From Ilumatobacteraceae bacterium (GTDB lineage Bacteria; Actinomycetota; Acidimicrobiia; Acidimicrobiales; Ilumatobacteraceae), in NCBI GenBank assembly GCA_049454015.1, contig JBMTYA010000001.1, positions 1 through 60,836 on the forward strand: a DNA stretch of 60,836 nucleotides. Reading direction: 5' to 3'. Made by a program: the position numbers and the translations under genes. Each line of letters opens with the position of its first letter. Position 1 is the first letter of the stretch. This document shows, piece after piece, positions 10,997-19,411 of the stretch. The notes below the pieces were generated by a model, which worked only from the letters and a program-made list of their open reading frames with translations, ran no database searches and was not told where the DNA came from.

Positions 10997-11317
10997 TCAC
11001 TTCGACTGCTGTCGACCGATCTGGTCGAGCAGGTCGTCCTGCTCGCGTTCAAGTTCGGCGATCGATGTCTCCAAGTGCTCTAGGTGTCGTTTGATCGCGA
11101 CGAAGTGGCTCTGAGCTTCGCGGTGGTCGGCTTCTGCGCTCGGAGTTTCTGAGACGATCGCGCGCAGTTCTGCGTCGGCGGCATCATCGTGCATGACGTC
11201 GTACTGTTCGCGAGTTACTCGGAGGTCTTCGCGCAGCTCACGCAGCGTCGCCGTGCAGCGAGTGAGTCGGTGGCGGGCCAAACGCTCCCCGATACCCATC
11301 GGTAACTGCAGTGTCAT
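10997..11317 (-). CDS. Hypothetical small coiled-coil protein
   Basis: The track ORF 10997..11392 overlaps tRNA-Leu, so I trimmed it to the in-frame ATG at 11317 (MTLQLPMGIGERL...). The sequence is acidic and heptad-rich (HLEHLETSIAELEREQDDLLDQI). I recognise no family. Confidence 0.45.
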   Translation of the reverse strand: MTLQLPMGIGERLARHRLTRCTATLRELREDLRVTREQYDVMHDDAADAELRAIVSETPSAEADHREAQSHFVAIKRHLEHLETSIAELEREQDDLLDQIGRQQSK

Positions 11318-11367
11318 TGGAAAACGAATTCTACGAGTGGTGTACCCGCCGCCGTGTCGTACAGGAG

Positions 11368-11451
11368 TGCCCGAGGTGGGAGTCGAACCCACACGCCCTT
11401 ACCAGGCAACGGATTTTGAGTCCGTCGCGTCTGCCATTTCGCCACTCGGGC
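11368..11451 (-). tRNA. tRNA-Leu (anticodon CAA), long variable arm, CCA not encoded
   Basis: The reverse complement reads GCCCGAGTGGCGAAATGGCAGACGCGACGGACTCAAAATCCGTTGCCTGGTAAGGGCGTGTGGGTTCGACTCCCACCTCGGGCA. It has a 7-bp acceptor stem GCCCGAG/CTCGGGC, a T-arm GTGGG-TTCGACT-CCCAC and an anticodon loop CTCAAAA. Confidence 0.9.
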
Positions 11452-11545
11452 AATGCTCGGTCAGGCTACTGCCGACGCTTATGGTGCAGTCTCGTTTCTC
11501 GTAGCCTGAGCAGAGCGACACCGCACCAACAGGGAGGTCGATTCG

Positions 11546-12721
11546 TTGCTCGCGTTCTTGTTCCCCGGACAGGGCTCGCAGCGCCCGGGCATGGGTCGCC
11601 CGTGGGTCGGTCACGAGAGTTGGGAGCTTGTCGACGAGGCGAGTGCGATTGCTGGTCGGGATGTGGGTCGCCTGCTGCTTGATGCCGACGCCGACGAACT
11701 AAAAGACACCCGCAACGCCCAGTTGACCACCTTCGTCAGCAGTCTGATGGTGCTCGATGCCGTGGAACGACTCGGCATCGAACCAAGCGTGTGCGCAGGC
11801 CACAGTCTCGGCGAATACACCGCGCTTACTGCCAACGGGTCACTTGGTTTCGACGATGGCGTCCGCCTCGTTCTCGAACGCAGCGACGCCATGCACGAGG
11901 CAGGGTCGCAATCGCCTGGCGTTATGTCAGCTGTGCTCGGACTTGACGACGACCAGGTGGAGATCGCATGCCGCCGTGCCGATGCCGACGTCTGGGTCGC
12001 TAATTACAACGCACCAGGGCAAGTGGTCATTGCTGGTGCACCTGATGCCGTTGCTGGCGCCTCGCAGCACGCAAAAGATCTCGGCGCAAAGCGAGTGATG
12101 TCTTTGCCCGTCTCTGGAGCATTTCACACTCCCTTCATGACTCCGGCTCGCGATCGCCTGCGTGCGGCGATCGCCGAAGCGCAACCACGCGACTCCGACG
12201 TTCCGATCATTTCCAATGTCGATGCGCTGAGCCATCAGCAAGGAAGCGAATGGGCAGCATTGCTCTCCGCACAGTTGTGCAGCCCCGTGCGCTGGAAACA
12301 CTCGCTCGTGGAACTGGCACGCCAAGGAGTCGCTGGGTACGTCGAGCTTGGACCCGGTGGCGTTCTCACCGGCATGGTGAAGCGCACGGTGGAGAACTCA
12401 CGCTCCATCAGCGTGTCGACACCCGAAGAGCTCGACAAATTGCTGGAGTGGGTGACGCAGGTGTCACCTCCGCCTAGTGCCGTTCACGAAGGCGAACATC
12501 TCTTTGTCGCGGAGCGTCTCATCGTCGCGCCTTCGGCGGGTGTGTTCGAACCGGTCAACGGTCTCGGAGACGGAGCTCGCATCGAAGTGGGCACGGTCAT
12601 CGGTCATATTGGCGACGTCGAAGTGCGCTCCCCTTTCGCCGGAGTCTTGCAGAACTTCATCGCACACTCTGGCGAGCGCCTCGCGTTACGCGAACCAGTC
12701 GCATGGATGCGTACGACCTGA
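11546..12721 (+). CDS. fabD: Malonyl-CoA:ACP transacylase (FabD) with an extra C-terminal biotinyl/lipoyl-like domain lacking any lysine
   Basis: 391 aa with N-terminal FLFPGQGSQ, active-site GHSLGE and AFHTP. TTG start is preceded by AGGGAGG (11531-11537). Residues about 315-389 (RLIVAPSAGVFEPV...IEVGTVIGHIGDVEVRSPFAGVLQNFIAHSGERLALREPVAWM) resemble a BCCP/lipoyl hybrid barrel. Confidence 0.9.
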   Translation: MLAFLFPGQGSQRPGMGRPWVGHESWELVDEASAIAGRDVGRLLLDADADELKDTRNAQLTTFVSSLMVLDAVERLGIEPSVCAGHSLGEYTALTANGSLGFDDGVRLVLERSDAMHEAGSQSPGVMSAVLGLDDDQVEIACRRADADVWVANYNAPGQVVIAGAPDAVAGASQHAKDLGAKRVMSLPVSGAFHTPFMTPARDRLRAAIAEAQPRDSDVPIISNVDALSHQQGSEWAALLSAQLCSPVRWKHSLVELARQGVAGYVELGPGGVLTGMVKRTVENSRSISVSTPEELDKLLEWVTQVSPPPSAVHEGEHLFVAERLIVAPSAGVFEPVNGLGDGARIEVGTVIGHIGDVEVRSPFAGVLQNFIAHSGERLALREPVAWMRTT

Positions 12722-13650
12722 TGGCCGGCAGTCGCATTACTGGCTGGGGCACCGCACTGCCGGAGAAAGTGCTCACGAACGACGACCTCTCCGCAATGAT
12801 GGACACCAACGACGAGTGGATCACTGAGCGCACCGGCATCAAGCAGCGCCATGTCGGCGGCTCTACAGCTTCTCTCTCGGTTGAATCTGCCCGCAAGGCA
12901 ATCGCAATGGCAGGCGTCGATCCTGAGTCAATCGACGGACTGATTCTTTCGACTACTACCCCCGACCGAACCGTGCCCGCAACGTCAGCGACGGTACAAG
13001 ACGCTCTTGGGCTTCGTTGTGGGGCATTCGACGTCAATGCTGCATGTTCGGGCTTCGTCTACGCCTACGTCGTAGCCAATGGGCTCCTAGCCATAGGCGC
13101 AAAGCGGCTTCTCGTCATCGGCACCGACACGCTCTCTCGTATCACGGATTGGTCCGATCGTGGAACGGCGATTCTTTTCGCCGACGGCTCGGGTGCTGCG
13201 GTCGTCGAAGCGACGAGCGACGCCGGACAGTTGCTCGGATGGGATCTCGACGCAGACGGTTCCGTCGAGCACCTGTTGTACGCCGAAGTCGGCGGATACA
13301 TCCACATGGATGGCAAAGAAGTGTTCCGTCGTGCTGTGCGAATCATGGTCGACTCGGCACAGAAGTCTCTCGCGAAGGCCGGGCTTACGGCTTCCGATGT
13401 CAAGTTGTGTGTACCACACCAAGCCAATTTGCGAATCATCGATGCAGCGTGCAGACAGCTCGGGGTCCCATTGGAACGCACGGCAGTCGTTTTGCACAAG
13501 ACGGGCAACACGTCGTCGGCATCAATCCCACTTGCTTTGTTCGACGCTGCGGATTCCGGACGGCTCAACGACGGCGACATCGTGCTTCTGGTCGGATTCG
13601 GAGCAGGCATGACCGCGGCGAGCGCCGTCATCGAATGGAGGAAACCATGA
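12721..13650 (+). CDS. fabH: 3-oxoacyl-ACP synthase III (FabH)
   Basis: KAS III motifs are present (AACSGFVYA active-site Cys, VPHQANLRII, GNTSSASIPLAL). The ATG at 12721 shares one nt with the fabD stop (TGATG). The track ORF starts at 12703, an alternative start. Confidence 0.93.
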   Translation: MAGSRITGWGTALPEKVLTNDDLSAMMDTNDEWITERTGIKQRHVGGSTASLSVESARKAIAMAGVDPESIDGLILSTTTPDRTVPATSATVQDALGLRCGAFDVNAACSGFVYAYVVANGLLAIGAKRLLVIGTDTLSRITDWSDRGTAILFADGSGAAVVEATSDAGQLLGWDLDADGSVEHLLYAEVGGYIHMDGKEVFRRAVRIMVDSAQKSLAKAGLTASDVKLCVPHQANLRIIDAACRQLGVPLERTAVVLHKTGNTSSASIPLALFDAADSGRLNDGDIVLLVGFGAGMTAASAVIEWRKP

Positions 13651-14351
13651 GTCGCATCGTTCTTATCACTGGTGGCAGTCGCGGCATCGGTCTTGCTACT
13701 GCCCGAAGGTTCGTAGCGCTCGGCGACAAAGTTGCCGTCACTTACAACACGACGAAACCCGAGGGCGACTTTCTCGCAGTGCAGTGCGATGTCACAAAAC
13801 AAGAAGATGTCGATCGAGCATTCGACGAGATTGAGTCAAAACTTGGCCCAGTCGAAGTATTGGTGTCGAACGCTGGAATCACGAAGGATGGCCTGCTGCT
13901 CCGAATGAAAGAAGCCGACTTCGAGAGCGTCGTCGACGCCAATCTCACTGGGGCGTACCGCGTCTGCAAACGAGCCGCGCAGTCGATGCTGCGCGCACGC
14001 AAGGGCCGAATGGTGCTCGTGTCGAGCGTGGTCGGTCTCTTGGGTCAGGCCGGACAGGCAAATTATGCCGCATCCAAAGCCGGACTCGTCGGTTTTGCGC
14101 GGTCATTGGCGCGTGAACTCGGCAGTCGCAGCATCACCGTCAACGTCGTTGCGCCCGGGCCAGTAGACACAGACATGACTCGAGCACTTGGCGACGACAA
14201 ACTTGCAGCGTTTGCAGAACTCGTGCCGCTCGGTCGCATTGCGTCACCCGACGAAGTCGCCGGTGTGATCGCATTCCTAGCCTCCGCGGATGCCGCCTAC
14301 ATCACAGGCGCCGTCATACCAGTGGACGGCGGTCTCGGGATGGGTCACTAG
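13647..14351 (+). CDS. fabG: 3-oxoacyl-ACP reductase (FabG)
   Basis: The real start is MSRIVLITGGSRGIG (ATGA overlap with the fabH stop). SDR motifs are NAGI and YAASKAG. The track ORF 13017..14351 has a spurious 5' extension inside fabH. Confidence 0.92.
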   Translation: MSRIVLITGGSRGIGLATARRFVALGDKVAVTYNTTKPEGDFLAVQCDVTKQEDVDRAFDEIESKLGPVEVLVSNAGITKDGLLLRMKEADFESVVDANLTGAYRVCKRAAQSMLRARKGRMVLVSSVVGLLGQAGQANYAASKAGLVGFARSLARELGSRSITVNVVAPGPVDTDMTRALGDDKLAAFAELVPLGRIASPDEVAGVIAFLASADAAYITGAVIPVDGGLGMGH

Positions 14352-14375
14352 TATCGTCACGAAAAGGAGCCCACT

Positions 14376-14615
14376 GTGAGCCAAGACCTGTTTGATCGTT
14401 TCACCAAGTGCGCCGTCAGCATGCTGTCGGTCGATGCCTCGAAGGTAACCCCCGAAGCCCGTTTCAAAGAAGACCTCGATGCCGACAGCCTCGACCTTGT
14501 CGAGTTTGTGATGGAGCTTGAGTCCGAATTCGGTATCGAGGTGCCCGAACAAGAACTTGAGGGCATCACCACCGTCGGTCAAGCCTTCGACCTCATCAAG
14601 GCCAAAGCGAAATAA
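14376..14615 (+). CDS. acpP: Acyl carrier protein
   Basis: 79 aa with the phosphopantetheine site LDADSLDLVE. GTG start is preceded by AAAAGGAGC. Confidence 0.93.
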   Translation: MSQDLFDRFTKCAVSMLSVDASKVTPEARFKEDLDADSLDLVEFVMELESEFGIEVPEQELEGITTVGQAFDLIKAKAK

Positions 14616-14623
14616 CGCTCCCG

Positions 14624-15808
14624 ATGCAGGGAGCAGGTCATCGAGTCGCCATTACTGGCTACGGCGTTCTTGCGCCGTGTGGAGTTGGCAAGGAAGCGTT
14701 CTGGAAGGGCCTGCTTGGCCCTGGAGTGAACGGTGCAAAGACCGTCGAACTCGCTGATTGGGACCCCCAGCCCTACTTTGCTAACCCGAAAGAAGCTCGC
14801 AGAGCCGACCGCGTGGAGCAATTCGCCTTGGCTGCCGCAAGCGAAGCCTTTGCCCAGTCCGGTGAACTTCCCTACGACCGTGCGCGGATTGGCACGATTT
14901 TTGGCACCGGCATCGGCGGCCTACGCACGCTCGAAGACCAAGTCATCGTCAGGGTCGAAAAGGGTGAACGACGCGTGTCACCGTTTCTCGTACCAATGAT
15001 GATGGCCAATGCCTGCGGTGCAGCAATATCAATGCGTTACGTGCTGCAGGGCCCGGCCGAGACAATCTGCACTGCATGCGCGGCAGCGACGCACGCCATC
15101 GGATACGCGGCGCGTCTCGTTGCCTGGGGTCGATGCGATGCTGTCGCCACCGGCGGAGCCGAGTCGGCCGCCACCATCACCGCGGTAGCCGGTTTTGCGA
15201 ACATGACTGCGCTCTCGTCATCGGGATGCAGCAAGCCTTTCGATGCGACGCGTGACGGCTTCGTCTTCGGAGAGGGTGCCGCCGTGTTCGTTCTCGAGCG
15301 ATATGACCTTGCAAAAGCTCGTGGTGCAAGGATCCTGGCCGAGGTCTTGGGGGCTGCGAGCAACGCTGATGCCCACCACATCACCGCGCCATCCCCCGGC
15401 GGTGTCGGCGCGATGTCATGCATGCAGCAGGCACTTGACGACGCCGAGCTGACGGTGAGCGACATCAAGCAAATCAACGCCCACGGCACATCGACTCCCC
15501 TCAACGATCGAGCCGAATCGGAGGCCGTATCGGCGCTCTTTGGCAGCCCGACTCCGCCTGTCACATCGATTAAGGGTGTGACCGGTCACCCGCTCGGTGC
15601 CGCTGGTGCTCTCGAAGCCGCAGCGGTTTTGTTGTCGTTTGAACACGGTCTCATCCCACCGACCGCCAACACGACGAAGTTGGGCGACGACATCACCTGT
15701 GACGTCGTGTACGGGGCGCCGCGCAAGTGGACCCCGGGCCCGACAATCTCCAACAACTTCGGCTTCGGTGGACACAACGGCTCCGTCATACTTTCGCCAG
15801 TCGACTAG
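14624..15808 (+). CDS. fabF: 3-oxoacyl-ACP synthase II (FabF/KAS II)
   Basis: 394 aa with active-site TACAAATHAIG, the His pair (DAHHITAP, INAHGTSTPLND) and a C-terminal NFGFGGHNGS. Confidence 0.93.
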   Translation: MQGAGHRVAITGYGVLAPCGVGKEAFWKGLLGPGVNGAKTVELADWDPQPYFANPKEARRADRVEQFALAAASEAFAQSGELPYDRARIGTIFGTGIGGLRTLEDQVIVRVEKGERRVSPFLVPMMMANACGAAISMRYVLQGPAETICTACAAATHAIGYAARLVAWGRCDAVATGGAESAATITAVAGFANMTALSSSGCSKPFDATRDGFVFGEGAAVFVLERYDLAKARGARILAEVLGAASNADAHHITAPSPGGVGAMSCMQQALDDAELTVSDIKQINAHGTSTPLNDRAESEAVSALFGSPTPPVTSIKGVTGHPLGAAGALEAAAVLLSFEHGLIPPTANTTKLGDDITCDVVYGAPRKWTPGPTISNNFGFGGHNGSVILSPVD

Positions 15809-15915
15809 TCAAGGCCGACCGGCCATGATCTACTAGCCGAGGCTGCCCCGCGCTAATCTCTTGAACTCGATTGACCGGCGGCCGGCGAGTCCCAAGCGCG
15901 CTGTATCGAATGGTC

Positions 15916-16344
15916 TCAGGCGTCGACGAGCACGAACATCAACTCACATTCGCAGGCGAGTTCACCATTCACGCTCGCCGTGCCGCCGCCCTTACCCGCG
16001 CGCGCACTCATGCGCCCGAGTTCGACGCTGATGACGAGCTCATCTCCCGGCACGACTTGGCGGCGGAAACGAGCTGAGTCGAGACCGCCAAAGAGTGGGA
16101 GTTTCCCGCTGCGGGCGGGATCGCTCAACAGCGCGTAGGCGCCAACTTGAGCAATCGCCTCGCACATCAACACCCCGGGCAAGGTCGGCCGACCGGGAAA
16201 GTGACCGGGGAAGAACCATTCATCGCCGCGCAACTTCCATCGCCCGACTGCACGCTGCCCTGCGACGAGTTCGTCAATTGCGTCAACGAAGAGAAACGGC
16301 GAGCGATGCGGGAGAACCGTTGACGGAGCTGGATGACTAGCCAT
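15916..16344 (-). CDS. fabZ: 3-hydroxyacyl-ACP dehydratase (FabZ-type hotdog)
   Basis: Motif PHRSPFLFVD...FFPGHFPGRPTLPGVLMCEAIAQVG. I trimmed the start to the ATG at 16344, which lies 1 nt after the bcp stop. The track ORF extends to 16434, inside bcp. Confidence 0.85.
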   Translation of the reverse strand: MASHPAPSTVLPHRSPFLFVDAIDELVAGQRAVGRWKLRGDEWFFPGHFPGRPTLPGVLMCEAIAQVGAYALLSDPARSGKLPLFGGLDSARFRRQVVPGDELVISVELGRMSARAGKGGGTASVNGELACECELMFVLVDA

Positions 16345-16345
16345 G

Positions 16346-16798
16346 TCAGGCTTCGAGCGCCTCAAGCAGAAACTTTGGCGTGTCCTTGGGTGAAATCTTG
16401 TACCAGGCATGGAGAATCTTGCCGTTTCCGTCAATCAAGAAAGCCGATCGTTCGATGCCCATGTATTCACGGCCGTACATCGATTTCTTCTTCCACACTT
16501 TGTAGGCCTTTGCTACCGCATGCTCCTCGTCGGCAAGAAGCGGGAAGCCGAGTTTGTATTTCGTGTCAAACTTCAATTGTTTTGCGGGGCTGTCTGGGCT
16601 GATGCCGATTATCGCGGTGCGACCGATATCGCTCTTAATTTCACTCAACAGGCACGACTGCTGCGTGCATCCTGGAGTGTCAGCCTTTGGATAGAAGTAC
16701 ACGAGCACTTTGCGCTTGGCGAACTCTTTCAGCGACCGCTTCTTGCCATGCTGGTCGAAAAGCGAGATCGCTGGGGCCTTGTCGCCTTGTTTAAGCAT
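16346..16798 (-). CDS. bcp: Thiol peroxidase / peroxiredoxin Bcp
   Basis: 150 aa with VLVYFYPKADTPGCTQQSC (peroxidatic and resolving Cys). By eye, its GC is lower than that of its neighbours. Confidence 0.9.
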   Translation of the reverse strand: MLKQGDKAPAISLFDQHGKKRSLKEFAKRKVLVYFYPKADTPGCTQQSCLLSEIKSDIGRTAIIGISPDSPAKQLKFDTKYKLGFPLLADEEHAVAKAYKVWKKKSMYGREYMGIERSAFLIDGNGKILHAWYKISPKDTPKFLLEALEA

Positions 16799-16807
16799 GG
16801 GGCAAAA

Positions 16808-17575
16808 CTACTCGTCGAGTGCACGACGAACATCGGCGACAAACTTTCCAACGGAGTCAGCACCCTCGTCAAGCAGCCTGCGCATGATCGCCGCACCTTG
16901 GATGACGCCATCAGCGACCGAGCAAGCCTCAACGGCCTGAGCTGCGTCAGAAACTCCGACACCGACGAGTACGGGAAGGTCGGTTGCATTTTTAACACGC
17001 CGCGCGATGGTGGTCGCCGACGACGCGAGAGTCTCCCGCTCCCCCGTGATGCCGAGAAGTCCGACGGCATATACGAAGCCGCGCGATCGTTGCGCAATGA
17101 GCGGCAATCGTGCGTCGGGTGCTGTCGGCGCCGCGAGCATCACCGTTGCAAGCCCCGCAGTATCAGCCGCGGCGCACCACGGTGCAGATTCTTCAAGCGG
17201 CAGATCCGGCACGATCACCCCGCTTACGCCCGCCTTTCGGACGAGCGACGCAAATCGCTCGTGACCCGCGCGAAACACGGTGTTGTAGTAACACATCACC
17301 ACAAGCGGCACGTCGACGTCGAGTTCTCGCACTTCGTCGAGGATTGCGTTGACCGTTGCCCCGCGTTGCAGAGCGATCGTTGATGCGCGCTGGATGACTG
17401 GTCCGTCCATGACCGGGTCAGAGAATGGAAGACCGATCTCGATTGCGTCGGCACCGTTGGCAACCGCTGCATGGATTGCCTCGACCCAACTGGGCGCAAA
17501 ACCCGTCACGTACGGAACGAGAAGCTTTCTGCCACTCGCTCGCAGTGTTCGAAATCGCTCCTCGAGATCAATCAT
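16808..17575 (-). CDS. trpA: Tryptophan synthase alpha chain
   Basis: 255 aa with LVPYVTGF...ADAIEIGLPFSDPVMDGPVIQ and GFVYAVGLLGITG. Confidence 0.93.
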   Translation of the reverse strand: MIDLEERFRTLRASGRKLLVPYVTGFAPSWVEAIHAAVANGADAIEIGLPFSDPVMDGPVIQRASTIALQRGATVNAILDEVRELDVDVPLVVMCYYNTVFRAGHERFASLVRKAGVSGVIVPDLPLEESAPWCAAADTAGLATVMLAAPTAPDARLPLIAQRSRGFVYAVGLLGITGERETLASSATTIARRVKNATDLPVLVGVGVSDAAQAVEACSVADGVIQGAAIMRRLLDEGADSVGKFVADVRRALDE

Positions 17576-17584
17576 TGATCTTCG

Positions 17585-18823
17585 TCAGCCCTCGACTCGC
17601 GACCCGAGCACCTTCATCATCTGTGCGACGTCCTTGTCACCGCGGCCGCTCAAGTTCATGAGCACCGTCTGGCCCTGAATCTTGGGTGCCTCGCGCGCGA
17701 TCCATGCGACAACATGTGCACACTCCAACGCCGGGATGATTCCTTCCGTGCGCGAGAGCAACTGGAATCCTGCGATGACTTCGTCGTCCGTGACGTTCGG
17801 ATACTCCGCGCGCCCAATCGACGAAAGATACGAATGCTCCGGACCAACTCCCGGATAGTCGAGACCCGCCGAAATCGAGTGCGCTTCTTGCACTTGGCCT
17901 TCTTCGTCTTGCATGAGAAAGCTCTTCATGCCATGAACGACTCCTGGCACGCCGCGACCAACTGCTGCGCCCCCTGCAGGCTCGACGCCGACGAGTCGAG
18001 CCTTCGTGTCGACAAATCCACTGAAGATACCGATGGCGTTGGAGCCACCGCCTACACACGCCGTGACAACGTCTGGGTCACGACCGGTCAACTCCTGCAT
18101 TTGCGTGCGGGCTTCATCGCCGATGATGCTTTGGAACTGTCTGACCATGTACGGGTACGGATGTGGACCCATGACCGAACCGATGCAGTAGTACGAGTGC
18201 TCAACGCTCGCAACCCAATCGCGCATCGCTTCGTTGACTGCATCTTTAAGCGTGCGACTGCCTGACTGAGCGGCTTCGACTTCTGCGCCAAGCAATCGCA
18301 TGCGAAAGACGTTGAGGGCTTGTCGTTCGACATCGACAGCGCCCATGTACACCTTGCAGGTAAGATCAAGTAGCGCGGCAGCAGTTGCCGACGCCACACC
18401 GTGCTGGCCCGCGCCAGTCTCGGCAATGAAGCGTCGTTTGCCCATGCGCTTGGCGAGGAGGGCCTGGCCAAGCACATTGTTGATCTTGTGGGAGCCAGTG
18501 TGATTGAGGTCTTCGCGCTTCAGGATGAGCCGTATGCCGAGTTGACGCCCGAGGTTGTGACACTCCGTCAAGATCGAAGGACGTCCTGCATATTCGCGCT
18601 GCAGACGCGCTAGTTCGCCGCGAAACGTCGCGTCATTCCACGCATCATCAAACGCACGCTCCAGCTCTTGGCAAGCGGGTACGAGCGTCTCGGGGACGAA
18701 TCTTCCACCGAACTCACCGAATCGACCGTCAGACGAAGGCGCTGTGAGTCTGGCGTTCACCGTTTCACTGTACAAGTGCGTCGAACGATCACTGCCCCAG
18801 TGAATCGAACGCGAGCTGTGCAT
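17585..18823 (-). CDS. trpB: Tryptophan synthase beta chain
   Basis: [18 protein letters not shown]-lysine region [11 protein letters not shown], and GGGSNAIG. The start is uncertain: the track gives 18871, the ATG at 18823 overlaps trpF by 35 nt, and the GTG at 18760 leaves a 28-nt gap. Confidence 0.9.
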   Translation of the reverse strand: MHSSRSIHWGSDRSTHLYSETVNARLTAPSSDGRFGEFGGRFVPETLVPACQELERAFDDAWNDATFRGELARLQREYAGRPSILTECHNLGRQLGIRLILKREDLNHTGSHKINNVLGQALLAKRMGKRRFIAETGAGQHGVASATAAALLDLTCKVYMGAVDVERQALNVFRMRLLGAEVEAAQSGSRTLKDAVNEAMRDWVASVEHSYYCIGSVMGPHPYPYMVRQFQSIIGDEARTQMQELTGRDPDVVTACVGGGSNAIGIFSGFVDTKARLVGVEPAGGAAVGRGVPGVVHGMKSFLMQDEEGQVQEAHSISAGLDYPGVGPEHSYLSSIGRAEYPNVTDDEVIAGFQLLSRTEGIIPALECAHVVAWIAREAPKIQGQTVLMNLSGRGDKDVAQMMKVLGSRVEG

Positions 18824-19406
18824 TCTGTACGAAGCGGCGAACTTTCGTCGCATCCTTGCGACCGGGCTCACGTTCGACGCCCGTGCTTACGTCAACGCCG
18901 TACGGAGAGGTCATTGAGATGGCTTCTTTCACGTTCTCCGGCGTCAAACCGCCAGAGACGACGTAGCGCACCCCCTTGGGCATAGATGCAAAAATCGACC
19001 AGTTGTATGACTCCCCCGAACCGGGCTGGGCGGAATCAACGAGGATCAGATCCGTCCGATAACGGTCACAAGTTTCCGCATCGCGCGAACCTGCGACCAC
19101 CGCCTTCATTACCCAGCCGACTTCTGCAGTAATCGTGTCCACCTCCGTCGCTGTTTCGCGCCCGTGCAGCTGGGCACCGCGCAGCCCAACTTCGCGCATG
19201 ATGCGCGCCACCGACTTTGCGTCATGGTCGCGAAACACTCCGACGGTGATGATTCCCGAAGGCAAACGCTTCACGATGTCCGCAGCTCGCCCCGGTGTGA
19301 TCTGACGCTTTGACGGGGCGAACACGAAGCCAAGTGCAGTCGCACCCATGGCGACGCTCAAGAGCGCGTCCTCTTCGTTGGTGATGCCGCAAATTTTGAC
19401 GAACAT
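18789..19406 (-). CDS. trpF: Phosphoribosylanthranilate isomerase (stand-alone TrpF)
   Basis: 205 aa with [15 protein letters not shown]...[12 protein letters not shown] and a C-terminal GVDVSTGVE. It lies between trpC and trpB. Confidence 0.88.
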   Translation of the reverse strand: MFVKICGITNEEDALLSVAMGATALGFVFAPSKRQITPGRAADIVKRLPSGIITVGVFRDHDAKSVARIMREVGLRGAQLHGRETATEVDTITAEVGWVMKAVVAGSRDAETCDRYRTDLILVDSAQPGSGESYNWSIFASMPKGVRYVVSGGLTPENVKEAISMTSPYGVDVSTGVEREPGRKDATKVRRFVQNAQLAFDSLGQ

Positions 19407-19411
19407 CCTGC

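Noticed and set aside
13017-13646. 5' two-thirds of the 444-aa ORF 13017..14351
   Set aside because: It is out of frame inside fabH and Arg-rich. The genuine FabG starts at MSRIVLITGGSRGIG (13647), with an ATGA overlap on the fabH stop.
15809-15915. Possible bidirectional terminator between the convergent fabF and fabZ genes
   Set aside because: Only short GC palindromes are present (GGCC-GACC-GGCC, CCGGCGGCCGG), with no convincing stem plus T-tract.
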